Shown piece after piece: positions 45,607-54,656 of a DNA stretch of 64,000 nt (within the stretch, counting starts at the first letter, position 1; each line of letters opens with the position of its first letter). The notes under the pieces are model-generated. The model saw nothing but the letters and a program-made list of their open reading frames with translations, had not been told where the DNA came from and made no database searches. A program made the translations under genes and the position numbers. Origin of the DNA: an uncultured Candidatus Saccharibacteria bacterium (GTDB lineage Bacteria; Patescibacteriota; Minisyncoccia; Phycocordibacterales; UBA9988); contig CAYNXC010000001.1 of the NCBI GenBank assembly GCA_964401135.1, positions 2,627 through 66,626 on the forward strand, written 5' to 3'.

Positions 45607-46584
45607 TTACTTATCCACATGGGTGTCGCCCGCAGCCGCAAGACGGAGCGCTTCTACAACGGGCTCAAGCCCCCCAGCAAGTATCTTCTCAATATTATGC
45701 CAAGATTGTTTGATGCGATGGTCAGTGATGCGATCTTGGAGTACATTGTAGGTCCGTATCTTCTCTGACCTATCTCCGGTACCTATTTGATTACGCCGCT
45801 CCTCCGCGGCATTTTTTGCCCATGACTCTTCTTCTTGTGCTTTAATCTTTGCAGAAAGGATGAGCATAGCCTTCTCGCGATTACTCTTCTGGCTCCGTTC
45901 ACTCTGACAACGCACAACAATCCCCGTCGGCTTGTGTGTGAGGCGCACTGCTGTCTCCACCTTATTCACATTCTGCCCGCCAGCGCCTCCAGAACGGGTG
46001 AATTCAATTTCAATATCCTCTGGCTTTATGTCTGTCCTTTCCCCCTCTCGGGCTAACGGCAAGATTGCCACAGATGCAGTAGAAGTATGGATTCTCCCCT
46101 GCTTTTCTGTTGCGGGGATGCGCTGGATCCTATGCACCCCCATCTCGTAGCGGAGATCATCGTATGCACCATTGCCCTTTATCTCAAAGACTGCCTCTTT
46201 ATAGCCACCCATCTCTGCGAACGATTCATCAATCGTGTTCACACGGTAGCCGCGCACAACAGCAAATTTTTGATACATCTCTGCAAGCTCTTGTGCAAAG
46301 AGGGCCGCCTCCTCTCCGCCAGCACCCGCACGCACTTCTAAGATGAGGCCACCTGCTTGCGCTCCTTCACCATCTTCAGGAGCGGTAATTTCTTGCATAT
46401 GTTTATATAGCTCTTCCTGTTCGGCGCGCATACTCTTGATCTCATCGTCTGCCATCTCACGGAGATTTGCATCACTATCTGCAACGCGCGTGAGTTCTGC
46501 GATCTTTGCTTCCAGCTCATCAAAACGCACAGCCAAGTACGCCGTCTTTGCATCACTTCGAAAAATTGAAACATCCATAGGCAA
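45607..46584 (-). CDS. prfA: Peptide chain release factor 1
   Basis: GGQ motif [16 protein letters not shown]; RF1-type PAT tripeptide ([17 protein letters not shown]). Confidence 0.85.
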   Translation of the reverse strand: MPMDVSIFRSDAKTAYLAVRFDELEAKIAELTRVADSDANLREMADDEIKSMRAEQEELYKHMQEITAPEDGEGAQAGGLILEVRAGAGGEEAALFAQELAEMYQKFAVVRGYRVNTIDESFAEMGGYKEAVFEIKGNGAYDDLRYEMGVHRIQRIPATEKQGRIHTSTASVAILPLAREGERTDIKPEDIEIEFTRSGGAGGQNVNKVETAVRLTHKPTGIVVRCQSERSQKSNREKAMLILSAKIKAQEEESWAKNAAEERRNQIGTGDRSEKIRTYNVLQDRITDHRIKQSWHNIEKILAGGLEPVVEALRLAAAGDTHVDK

Positions 46585-46602
46585 AAGATGAGAATCTGCC
46601 CC

Positions 46603-46878
46603 CTATTCTGCCGAGGTCTTAGTCTTTCTGGGAGTACGAGGAGAGGCCTTAGCGGCACGAGCCTGCCCAGCAGCAAGGCGAGCACGGAATTTTTCTACGC
46701 GGCCAGCAGTGTCCATCACCTTCTCACTGCCAGTGAAGAAGGGGTGACAGGCACTGCAGATTTCCACTTTTATCTCAGGTTTAGTGGATCCTACGGTAAA
46801 GGTATTACCGCAAGAACAGGTCACTTTCGCGTCAGTATGGTAGTCTGGATGAATTTCTTTTTTCACGGAGGCAAGCAT
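46603..46878 (-). CDS. rpmE: 50S ribosomal protein L31 with basic C-terminal tail
   Basis: KKEIHPDYH...CSCG...[10 protein letters not shown]. Confidence 0.85.
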   Translation of the reverse strand: MLASVKKEIHPDYHTDAKVTCSCGNTFTVGSTKPEIKVEICSACHPFFTGSEKVMDTAGRVEKFRARLAAGQARAAKASPRTPRKTKTSAE

Positions 46879-46887
46879 ACCAGCAAA

Positions 46888-48231
46888 CTAGAGATCCTGC
46901 AAGGGGTCGATCATATTCTGTTGGATATTCGTGGCAATTTTCATCACACTGTCGCCGTAGAAGGCATTGCTCGGCTTGGACCAATTACCCCCCGCGTAGT
47001 AGCGCAGTGCCGCCTCGCGCTCTGCTGCAAAAGTCTGCCGTGAGGCTCCAAGTTCAGATAGATAGATGGCTGAAGCCATAAAGGCATCTTCTGGCTCCCA
47101 TGGGTTCGGTGGATTATGCCCCGTTGCCGCGACAATCTTTGCCTCATACGAGGCCCAAGTGGTAGGGATGAACTGTGAAGGCCCCATCGCGCCGCCCCAG
47201 CCATTCCCCATCGGGCAAGAGAGGGGCATAGACTCTGGGTCCAGACCGAGTTTTTTGGTTATACGCAGGTATACTGACTCATCATCGCGTTTAGAGTTAT
47301 CACCCGGCCCTGGCATAATCGCCCTCCACTGTTTTGAGACAGGATCTCCCGGCCGGTTACAGGTGCCAATATTTTTACCCAAATTTGTCTCCTGAGTAAG
47401 GATGGCCAGTAAGAACGCGGGACGGACGCTCGTCTTTGCGGATGCGGCATTTGCAAATTCTAAGGCTTTACCAAAAGGGATAGCACTAGAGTCACGGAGA
47501 GCAAAGAGGGCACTCCTGATATCCGCGGCTCGCTGACGGCGTTCCGTAAGCACTTTTGAATATGCGGCTTCTTGTGTCTTTGATACCGAGAGTATCCCCT
47601 GTTTATCTTTCTCGTGCATCTCTACCTCTTTTTTCTTTGACTCAATTTCCAGCTTTGCGCTTGCTTCTGCTACCTTCTTCTCTTCCAAACTCTGCTTTTC
47701 AACTTGTGTTTTTTGCTTGGTACCACGGATAACATCCATGGAGTCACGGATATCGGTCTGCACCGTTTGGATGGAATCAACTGCACTATAGAAATCAGAA
47801 AATTGCTCATTGCCAAGTAAAACCTCGGGTAGTGAGGATGACTCGTACTCTTGAGAGTCTTGCAGGAGCCGCTTTAAGTACTCACGGCGAATAGCGAGTT
47901 CTTCTTCAAGAGTGAGGATGGTTTTCTCTTTCGTGCCAATATCCTTACTGATAGTAGAGATAGCGAGACTGCGTGCTTTAATCTCTAACTGTGCCTGTTT
48001 TATCTGTGCATTCAAAATAGCGATGTCACGCTCTATTGAGGCTGTCTCTTTGCGCTTACTCTTGAGCAACTCTGCTTGGACAGCAATCTCTGCTTCTACC
48101 TTTGCCAGTTCTGATTCCAGATTCTTTTTCCGCTCTTCAACAGTAAGTGCCGCCTCTCCATAAATAAGTGGCGTAAAGGATGCGATAACTATGGCAAGGA
48201 AAAAAGGCAGGGGCATCCTTGTGTGAGACAT
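46888..48231 (-). CDS. Secreted lytic transglycosylase (MltB/SLT_2-like catalytic domain) with long N-terminal coiled coil
   Basis: ILTQETNLGKNIGTC and GAMGPSQFIPTTW motifs; about 250 aa of heptad-rich sequence before them; signal peptide. Confidence 0.6.
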   Translation of the reverse strand: MSHTRMPLPFFLAIVIASFTPLIYGEAALTVEERKKNLESELAKVEAEIAVQAELLKSKRKETASIERDIAILNAQIKQAQLEIKARSLAISTISKDIGTKEKTILTLEEELAIRREYLKRLLQDSQEYESSSLPEVLLGNEQFSDFYSAVDSIQTVQTDIRDSMDVIRGTKQKTQVEKQSLEEKKVAEASAKLEIESKKKEVEMHEKDKQGILSVSKTQEAAYSKVLTERRQRAADIRSALFALRDSSAIPFGKALEFANAASAKTSVRPAFLLAILTQETNLGKNIGTCNRPGDPVSKQWRAIMPGPGDNSKRDDESVYLRITKKLGLDPESMPLSCPMGNGWGGAMGPSQFIPTTWASYEAKIVAATGHNPPNPWEPEDAFMASAIYLSELGASRQTFAAEREAALRYYAGGNWSKPSNAFYGDSVMKIATNIQQNMIDPLQDL

Positions 48232-48260
48232 GAGTTTAGTATAGCAAAAACGGCGAGAGT

Positions 48261-48905
48261 CTACTCGCCGCTTGCTTCTGCCTCTTCCTCTTGCTTGCCG
48301 CGCTTTTCTACTTCAATTTGAGAGATGTCCATCGTCGGGGTCTCCTCTTCCTCCTTGGCAACGGTGAGTGCCGCAACGATATCTTCTGGGTCAGCAACGG
48401 CCTTCACTCCTGTGGGGAGAGAGAGATCCTTCACCATAATTTGGCTTTCTAATGTCTCCAGCACACCTAGGTCAACAGTGATCTCGTGGGGGAGATCCTT
48501 GGGGAGCGCTTCAACCTCCAGCTCGTGGAGTACCTTCACCACAATACCGCCAAGCTTTACCGCAGGGGCATCACCCTCCCAGACAATCGGGACCGAGACC
48601 TGGAGCGCCTTACCTTTCTCAATTGCATAGAAATCAATGTGGATAAATTCGCCAGTAGAAGGGTTCTTCTCCACTTCGTGAATGAGTACATCTACATCAC
48701 CAGTGGGGGTTTTGAGTGTAATAACCGAGGACTCGCCCGCGACACGGTATACCTTCTTGAAATCAGGAAGTGCGACAAAGTATGAGGCGGATTCCTCTTT
48801 GCGTCCGTAGGCCACAACAGGCAAGAGCCCCTCTTTGCGGCTCGCGGTGAGGGCCTTCCCATAAATATCTCTCTTTGTTGCTGCAAGTGTAATCACGGCG
48901 GCCAT
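48261..48905 (-). CDS. rplY: 50S ribosomal protein L25/general stress protein Ctc
   Basis: LAATKRDIYGKALTASRKEGLLPVVAYG; acidic C-terminal tail. Confidence 0.85.
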   Translation of the reverse strand: MAAVITLAATKRDIYGKALTASRKEGLLPVVAYGRKEESASYFVALPDFKKVYRVAGESSVITLKTPTGDVDVLIHEVEKNPSTGEFIHIDFYAIEKGKALQVSVPIVWEGDAPAVKLGGIVVKVLHELEVEALPKDLPHEITVDLGVLETLESQIMVKDLSLPTGVKAVADPEDIVAALTVAKEEEETPTMDISQIEVEKRGKQEEEAEASGE

Positions 48906-48932
48906 TATACCGCCCTAACCCAAAAAGTCAAA

Positions 48933-48975
48933 ATGTTAAACACTCGGTGTTTAACAAAGGATCGAGTGTTTAACA
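48933..48975. promoter_or_regulatory. Operator-like palindrome TGTTAAACAC-tcg-GTGTTTAACA plus a third direct half-site GTGTTTAACAAAG, upstream of rplY
   Basis: Perfect 10-bp inverted repeat with a 3-bp spacer. The same motif begins at 63987 upstream of gap. Confidence 0.45.
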
Positions 48976-49086
48976 AAGAAAGAAATACTGTCTACCTGCC
49001 CCTAATAAATACCAGACAAAAACGAAGGGAAAGAGAACCAAGACCGCAACAATAAAAAAATAATTATTTTTCTTGATGGATAATCT

Positions 49087-49524
49087 TTACTCGGGAATCT
49101 GTATGCTTGTCTCCAAGCTATCGTCTGAAGTTCCTAGATCACTGACATCATTCGCATTCCCTGTCATTATTCCAATAAAATAGAGAATCACTGAAATCGC
49201 AAGGACAAATGAAAAAGTCGCTGTTTTTTTCCAGACAACTCCTTTTGATGAGAGGCTTCTATAAAGAAAGGCAGAGATAACCCCTAGAATAATTGCTACA
49301 TACAAGACCTCATACCATGCCATGGTGTATGTTTCAAAAATATCTTCGAGTACAGATAAGGGTGTATAAAGCCCGTTTAGAAGGGCTAATACTATTTTAG
49401 AGAGAGGGATACCAAGTAAAGGAGCTGCGGAGATGGATAATGAAAATGGAAGTAATATATGAAGTATCCCCACATATACGACACCAAAAAGAACACCCGC
49501 TAATACAGATCTTATAGATGGCAT
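49087..49524 (-). CDS. Hypothetical polytopic membrane protein
   Basis: Four predicted TM helices; no recognisable motif. Confidence 0.4.
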   Translation of the reverse strand: MPSIRSVLAGVLFGVVYVGILHILLPFSLSISAAPLLGIPLSKIVLALLNGLYTPLSVLEDIFETYTMAWYEVLYVAIILGVISAFLYRSLSSKGVVWKKTATFSFVLAISVILYFIGIMTGNANDVSDLGTSDDSLETSIQIPE

Positions 49525-49550
49525 ATATCTAAAATCCTTATGAGATAATC

Positions 49551-50420
49551 TTATAATAGATTATTAAATAACTTCAGACGGGCGGAGGTGGCGGATTCTA
49601 TAGCTAAAACGGCACTTCGCATAATTTTGTAGGGGGCAACTTCATCAGGATTCTCTTGGAGCGAAAGCTTAACCGCGTCGCGAAAGGCAACACGCAGTTC
49701 TGTAGAAATGTGTACCATTGAAACCCCCACCTTAATTGCCGCGACAAAATCCTCATCGGGTGTACCCGAACCCCCGTGGAGCACGAGCTGCACCCCTGCT
49801 GCCTCACGAATAGCCTTTACCCGTGGAATGTCTAGATGAGGATCCTTGCTGTGCTTAAGCATCCCGTGGATGTTCCCCACCGCAGGAGCTAGGAGATCTA
49901 CTCCCGTCTCTTTCACAAACTGCATCGCATCTTCCGGAGTAGTAAATGTCTCCGCGCTCTGTGCTGCTCCCTCCGGTACCTCATCAAGGAGCTTTGAAGA
50001 TTTACCAATATAGCCAAGTTCTCCCTCTACTAATATATCTCGTCCGGAGTTCCGCGCATAAGCCACACATTCCTTCGTTTTGGCAATATTCTCTGCCAAA
50101 GGAAGTTCCGCTCCATCAAAGATAACAGAGTCAAATCCGGCATCAATCGCCTCCTTCACCCGATCGACTGAATATGTATGATCTGCGTTTAGGAATATGG
50201 GGTACCCATACTCACTCCGAAGACTCTGAACAAGCGCCACCACTTGCCGTACTCCAATAAAATCTCGCTCGCCTTCAGACACGCCAATGACCACGGGGAG
50301 TTTGAGCGCGCGAGCGGCATTACAAACTCCGTGGAGCCCCTCAATGTTTGAGATATTAAAGTGACCAAGGGCAATGCCTCGCACCTCTGCGTCGGCAATA
50401 CTTTCTCGTAAACTCACCAT
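49551..50420 (-). CDS. fba: Class II fructose-bisphosphate aldolase
   Basis: HGGSGTPDEDF, DHTYSV zinc ligand context. Confidence 0.85.
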   Translation of the reverse strand: MVSLRESIADAEVRGIALGHFNISNIEGLHGVCNAARALKLPVVIGVSEGERDFIGVRQVVALVQSLRSEYGYPIFLNADHTYSVDRVKEAIDAGFDSVIFDGAELPLAENIAKTKECVAYARNSGRDILVEGELGYIGKSSKLLDEVPEGAAQSAETFTTPEDAMQFVKETGVDLLAPAVGNIHGMLKHSKDPHLDIPRVKAIREAAGVQLVLHGGSGTPDEDFVAAIKVGVSMVHISTELRVAFRDAVKLSLQENPDEVAPYKIMRSAVLAIESATSARLKLFNNLL

Positions 50421-50463
50421 AGGATTATTCTAACACAAGGCCTTCTCATGATATAATCCGGGG

Positions 50464-51453
50464 ATGAAGCAGTATGATTTCGTCGCCATTGGAGACATCG
50501 TTGTAGACGCATTTATCCGCCTTATCCAAGCAAACATATACACCGAAGAGGGCATAGAGCAACTCTGCCTCGTGAATGGTTCTAAGATCCCCTACGAGTC
50601 GGTTACTGTGCTCCCCTCAGTGGGAAATAGTCCCAATGCTACGGTCGCGGCGGCTCGACTCGGCCTCTCTACAGCTCTCGTCACCGATCTTGGTGCTGAT
50701 GATAATGGGGAACTATGCCTCGCCTCTCTCACTAAAGAAGGGGTAGAGACTCCCTTCGTACGCACTCATGAAGGTAAGCAGACAAATTACCACTATGTAC
50801 TCTGGTTTAAGGATGAGCGCACCATCCTCATCAAGCATGAGGAATATCCGTACATCTTCCCAGACATAGGATCTCCGCGCTGGGTATATTTGAGTTCTCT
50901 CGGCGAGCATTCCCTCCCCTACCATGAGGCCATAAGTGCATACTTGAATTCACACCCAGACATCAGGCTCGCTTTTCAGCCCGGTACCTTCCAAATCAAA
51001 ATAGGAAAGGAGAAACTTGCCGCACTGTATGCGCGGACGGAGGTTTTTTTCTGCAACACTGACGAGGCGCGTACTATTTTAGGAAATAGTGAACAGGATG
51101 GGATGACACTCGCGCGCGCCATCTCTGCACTCGGGCCGAAAATTGCGGTCATCACTGATGGACCACGCGGTGCCTACTGTTATGATTCATACACCAGTGC
51201 CGCGCTCTTTATGCCACCATACCCTGACCCACAGCCACCCTTCGAGCGCACTGGCGCAGGGGATGCATTTTCTTCTACCTTTACTGCAGCACTCGCATTA
51301 GGAAAAGATGTGGAGGAGGCGCTCCACTGGGCACCCGTTAACTCTATGTCTGTTGTACAAAAAATAGGTGCACAAGAGGGGTTACTCTCCCAAGCCGAAA
51401 TAGAAGAGTTCTTACGCACAGCTCCAGCAGAGTTTACTCCAGAAAAGCGATGA
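50464..51453 (+). CDS. PfkB-family carbohydrate kinase
   Basis: GAGDAFSSTFTAAL (PfkB signature 2). Confidence 0.75.
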   Translation: MKQYDFVAIGDIVVDAFIRLIQANIYTEEGIEQLCLVNGSKIPYESVTVLPSVGNSPNATVAAARLGLSTALVTDLGADDNGELCLASLTKEGVETPFVRTHEGKQTNYHYVLWFKDERTILIKHEEYPYIFPDIGSPRWVYLSSLGEHSLPYHEAISAYLNSHPDIRLAFQPGTFQIKIGKEKLAALYARTEVFFCNTDEARTILGNSEQDGMTLARAISALGPKIAVITDGPRGAYCYDSYTSAALFMPPYPDPQPPFERTGAGDAFSSTFTAALALGKDVEEALHWAPVNSMSVVQKIGAQEGLLSQAEIEEFLRTAPAEFTPEKR

Positions 51454-51457
51454 GTGT

Positions 51458-52876
51458 ATGAAGGGATGGCAGAAAGTACTACTCTTCGTATCCATATCCT
51501 GTGTGGGACTCATAGTATACTCGCCACACCTTCACTACCCATACCCGTTCCATGTTGATGAATGGCACCACATCTCGCAAGCACTCCGCATGGGAAGTGG
51601 CGCGTACACACTCTCTTTCCAGAGTGCCGAGATTGGGTTCCACATCTTTCTTTTTCTCGTAAGCACCATAACCGATCTCGTGATGGTATACCGATTCCTC
51701 CCTGCGCTCGTGGCAATGATTGGGGCATCCGCGATATTCTTTTTGAGCTATCGCATCAGTGCATCATTCTGGACCGGGCTCGCGGCACTCTTTTTTTTCG
51801 CAACCATTACATCAAATGTGAATGTAACCGGATTATGGTTCTTCACCCCGCTATCGTTTGCGATCCCGCTTGTCTATGCGTACCTCTACTGTTTCTACCG
51901 TGCAATTGAAGAAAGGAGTGTTACGCACCTGCGCATTGGAATTGTTCTTTTCGCGCTACTTATTCCCGTCCACGCCGTCTCTGCATTGATGAGCCTTCCC
52001 GCGCTCTTCGTCTATGCAGTACTGCGGCGTGAACAGTTTATGGAGTACCGCAGATATGTGGGCGCGCTTATTGTGGTGCTCATCGGTGGAATGTCCTTTT
52101 TTATCTGGCTGCTCCCCGGATCGTTTACCAGTGATCTCGTACAACTTTTTTCTCTCATACAGTTTAGGTATGGATGGGGTGTGGTAGAAATGGAGAACTC
52201 ATTGTTTGAGCTGTACAGTGTTATCGGATATATCCTTGCAGTCATCGGAAGTATCGCACTCGTCATTCAGAAAGAACATCGTCGGTATACGCTATTTCTC
52301 CTTCTCCCCGCGACACTCATTATCTCTATTGTCATATTCAAGGTGACCGGCATATCTTTTCTCTCCCCCTATCAAAGAAACCTATACTACTTCACGATTG
52401 GGTTGCCGCTCTTGAGTGCATATGGGCTGGGTTACCTATTTTCCCTCATCTGGAAATATGTCCCAAGTACCCCCGCTCGTAGTGGGATCGCGTTTGTTCT
52501 CATCTGTACCAGTGCAGGATCTTTGTATGGATATTGGAGGCTTCCACCGAGGAGTGAGCTCTATTACACCATTACTGATGCGGAGTATCATGCACTCCGC
52601 ACCCTCCGCGAGTATCCAGAGGGTCTAGTGATGGCAGAGGCACTTCCATCGGTATCTATATATCCACTGTCAGGACATGAGCCAGTTGCATCCTTAGTGT
52701 TTGATGGTAAGCGCAGCATAAATGATACCTTTATGCACGGAGAAAATTGTGCAGAAAAAAGAGATTTTCTCCTAGAGAATCCTCGCGTCCGCTATATTCT
52801 CTCAAACGACAGGCTCACCTGCGGATGGATACAAATATACGCAAAAGGAACCTATATCTATGATACTAAAGAATAA
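51458..52876 (+). CDS. Polytopic membrane glycosyltransferase, GT-C-like (ArnT/PMT-like), probably using a polyprenyl-phosphate sugar donor
   Basis: Ten or more TM helices; first loop HVDEWHH. Immediately followed by a Dpm1/ArnC-like GT2. Confidence 0.5.
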   Translation: MKGWQKVLLFVSISCVGLIVYSPHLHYPYPFHVDEWHHISQALRMGSGAYTLSFQSAEIGFHIFLFLVSTITDLVMVYRFLPALVAMIGASAIFFLSYRISASFWTGLAALFFFATITSNVNVTGLWFFTPLSFAIPLVYAYLYCFYRAIEERSVTHLRIGIVLFALLIPVHAVSALMSLPALFVYAVLRREQFMEYRRYVGALIVVLIGGMSFFIWLLPGSFTSDLVQLFSLIQFRYGWGVVEMENSLFELYSVIGYILAVIGSIALVIQKEHRRYTLFLLLPATLIISIVIFKVTGISFLSPYQRNLYYFTIGLPLLSAYGLGYLFSLIWKYVPSTPARSGIAFVLICTSAGSLYGYWRLPPRSELYYTITDAEYHALRTLREYPEGLVMAEALPSVSIYPLSGHEPVASLVFDGKRSINDTFMHGENCAEKRDFLLENPRVRYILSNDRLTCGWIQIYAKGTYIYDTKE

Positions 52877-53528
52877 CATCTCCATCATACTCCCATGCCG
52901 TAATGAAGAACTGGGTATTGGGCACTGTATAGAAAAGATTCACTCTGTCTGTCCGGACGCAGAAATCCTTATAGTGGATAACAAAAGTGACGATCGGAGT
53001 GCGCATATTGCACACATGTGTGGAGCACGTGTCGTACAAGAAGAGAATGTTGGGTATGGCGCCGCTTGTAGAACGGGTTTTTCATCTGCGCACGGCACGG
53101 TACTCATACTCGCAGATGCGGATAATAGTTACACGCTTACTGATGTCCCTGCTCTAGTCGCCACACTCAGAGATGCTGATATGGTAGTCGGGGAACGGGT
53201 ACTACACCAGTGGAATGTCATGCCGCTCATGCATCGCTTTTGCGGAAATCCATTTTTTTCTCTCCTCCTCCGTACCATCTTTCGTGTTCCTGTGGCAGAT
53301 ACACAGTCTGGATTCATCGCAATAAAAAAAGACTCATTGGCAAAACTTCACTGTACAAGCACAGGTATGGAATTCATTTCCGAACTGTACATCAAAGCAA
53401 GTCGTGCTGGGCTATCTATTGTACGCTACCCTACTATATACACGAGACGCCTTGGGGTTTCAAAATTGCGCACTTTTACTGACGGGTTCCGTCATCTACA
53501 TCTAATCAGCACGATGATATTCCGTTAA
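52860..53528 (+). CDS. GT2 polyprenyl-phosphate sugar synthase (Dpm1/GtrB/ArnC-like)
   Basis: ILPCRNEELGIG...ILIVDNKSDD...DADNSY. Confidence 0.75.
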   Translation: MILKNNISIILPCRNEELGIGHCIEKIHSVCPDAEILIVDNKSDDRSAHIAHMCGARVVQEENVGYGAACRTGFSSAHGTVLILADADNSYTLTDVPALVATLRDADMVVGERVLHQWNVMPLMHRFCGNPFFSLLLRTIFRVPVADTQSGFIAIKKDSLAKLHCTSTGMEFISELYIKASRAGLSIVRYPTIYTRRLGVSKLRTFTDGFRHLHLISTMIFR

Positions 53529-53531
53529 GAT

Positions 53532-54656
53532 ATGCGCATCGCTATTTTTCATAATTACTTAGATAACATTGGAGGAGCAGAGAAAGTTAGCCTCCTGTTC
53601 GCGCGAGAACTTGGAGCAGATATCTATACTACAAACATTGATGCAGAAAAAATTCATCGGATGGGTTTTGATACCAAAAATATCTTTTCAATCGGACATG
53701 TTCCCATAAACGCGCCATTACGCCAAGAGGCAACCACATACCACTTCAGCCGTCTATCATTGGGAAATCGTTATGATATGTACATCATTGCTGGAGATTG
53801 GGCAATTGGCGCTGCGCTCCACAATCGTCCCATCGTATGGTATGTGTTCTCCCCTGCGCGAGAGCTCTGGGACCTCTACGAGGAGACGCGGGCAAATACC
53901 GTCCCTTGGTACAGCAGATCCATTTATGATTGGTGGGTTCGAAGGCACCGTAAGAATAACTTATCTATTCTTTCACACATAGATGGCATCATTGCTACTT
54001 CAGGTACCGTACAGGCGCGCATACGCAGTTTTTTTCATCAAGAGACGCCAATTATCTACCCGCCCATCGACGCATCGCTCTATTATAATACTGGGGATCA
54101 CGGATATTGGCTCTCGGTCAATCGTCTCATTGGACATAAACGAGTCGACATTCAGGTAGAAGCCTTCCGGCAAATGCCGGAAAAACAGCTACTCATCGTG
54201 GGAAGCTACGAACGCTCCCTTCATTTTAGAAAGTACGCGACGCAAATCATGCACTCACTTCCCGCGAATGTACAGGTAAAGAGTTGGGTGGAAGACGAGG
54301 AACTCCGCGAGCTCTACGCGGGATGCCGCGGCTTCATCACAACTTCGCATGACGAAGATTTTGGGCTCACCGTCCTGGAGGCGATGGCGAGTGGCAAACC
54401 TGTCATCGCGAGCGATGAGGGAGGATACCAAGAGACGGTCATTGAGGGAACAGGGATACGCATCACACCAATTACCCCAGAGGAGCTCATGCGAGCAGTG
54501 CGGACCATCTCCCAAGATCCAGTTCCTTTCTGTATTCAATCACAGCAACACGCCTATCATTTTGATATTGCCAAAGTATGTACTCGCTTACAGGATGAAT
54601 GTATCCGGCATCTTATAGATCATCAAAAGGGCCGAGACGGATCGCATCCGGAGTAA
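53532..54656 (+). CDS. GT4-family (GT-B) glycosyltransferase
   Basis: EDFGLTVLEAMASGKPVIASDEGG. Confidence 0.75.
   Translation: MRIAIFHNYLDNIGGAEKVSLLFARELGADIYTTNIDAEKIHRMGFDTKNIFSIGHVPINAPLRQEATTYHFSRLSLGNRYDMYIIAGDWAIGAALHNRPIVWYVFSPARELWDLYEETRANTVPWYSRSIYDWWVRRHRKNNLSILSHIDGIIATSGTVQARIRSFFHQETPIIYPPIDASLYYNTGDHGYWLSVNRLIGHKRVDIQVEAFRQMPEKQLLIVGSYERSLHFRKYATQIMHSLPANVQVKSWVEDEELRELYAGCRGFITTSHDEDFGLTVLEAMASGKPVIASDEGGYQETVIEGTGIRITPITPEELMRAVRTISQDPVPFCIQSQQHAYHFDIAKVCTRLQDECIRHLIDHQKGRDGSHPE

Noticed and set aside
45607-46584. Programmed +1 frameshift site expected in a release-factor gene
   Set aside because: The gene has the RF1-type PAT motif, not RF2 SPF, and the ORF is uninterrupted, so no prfB-type frameshift applies.
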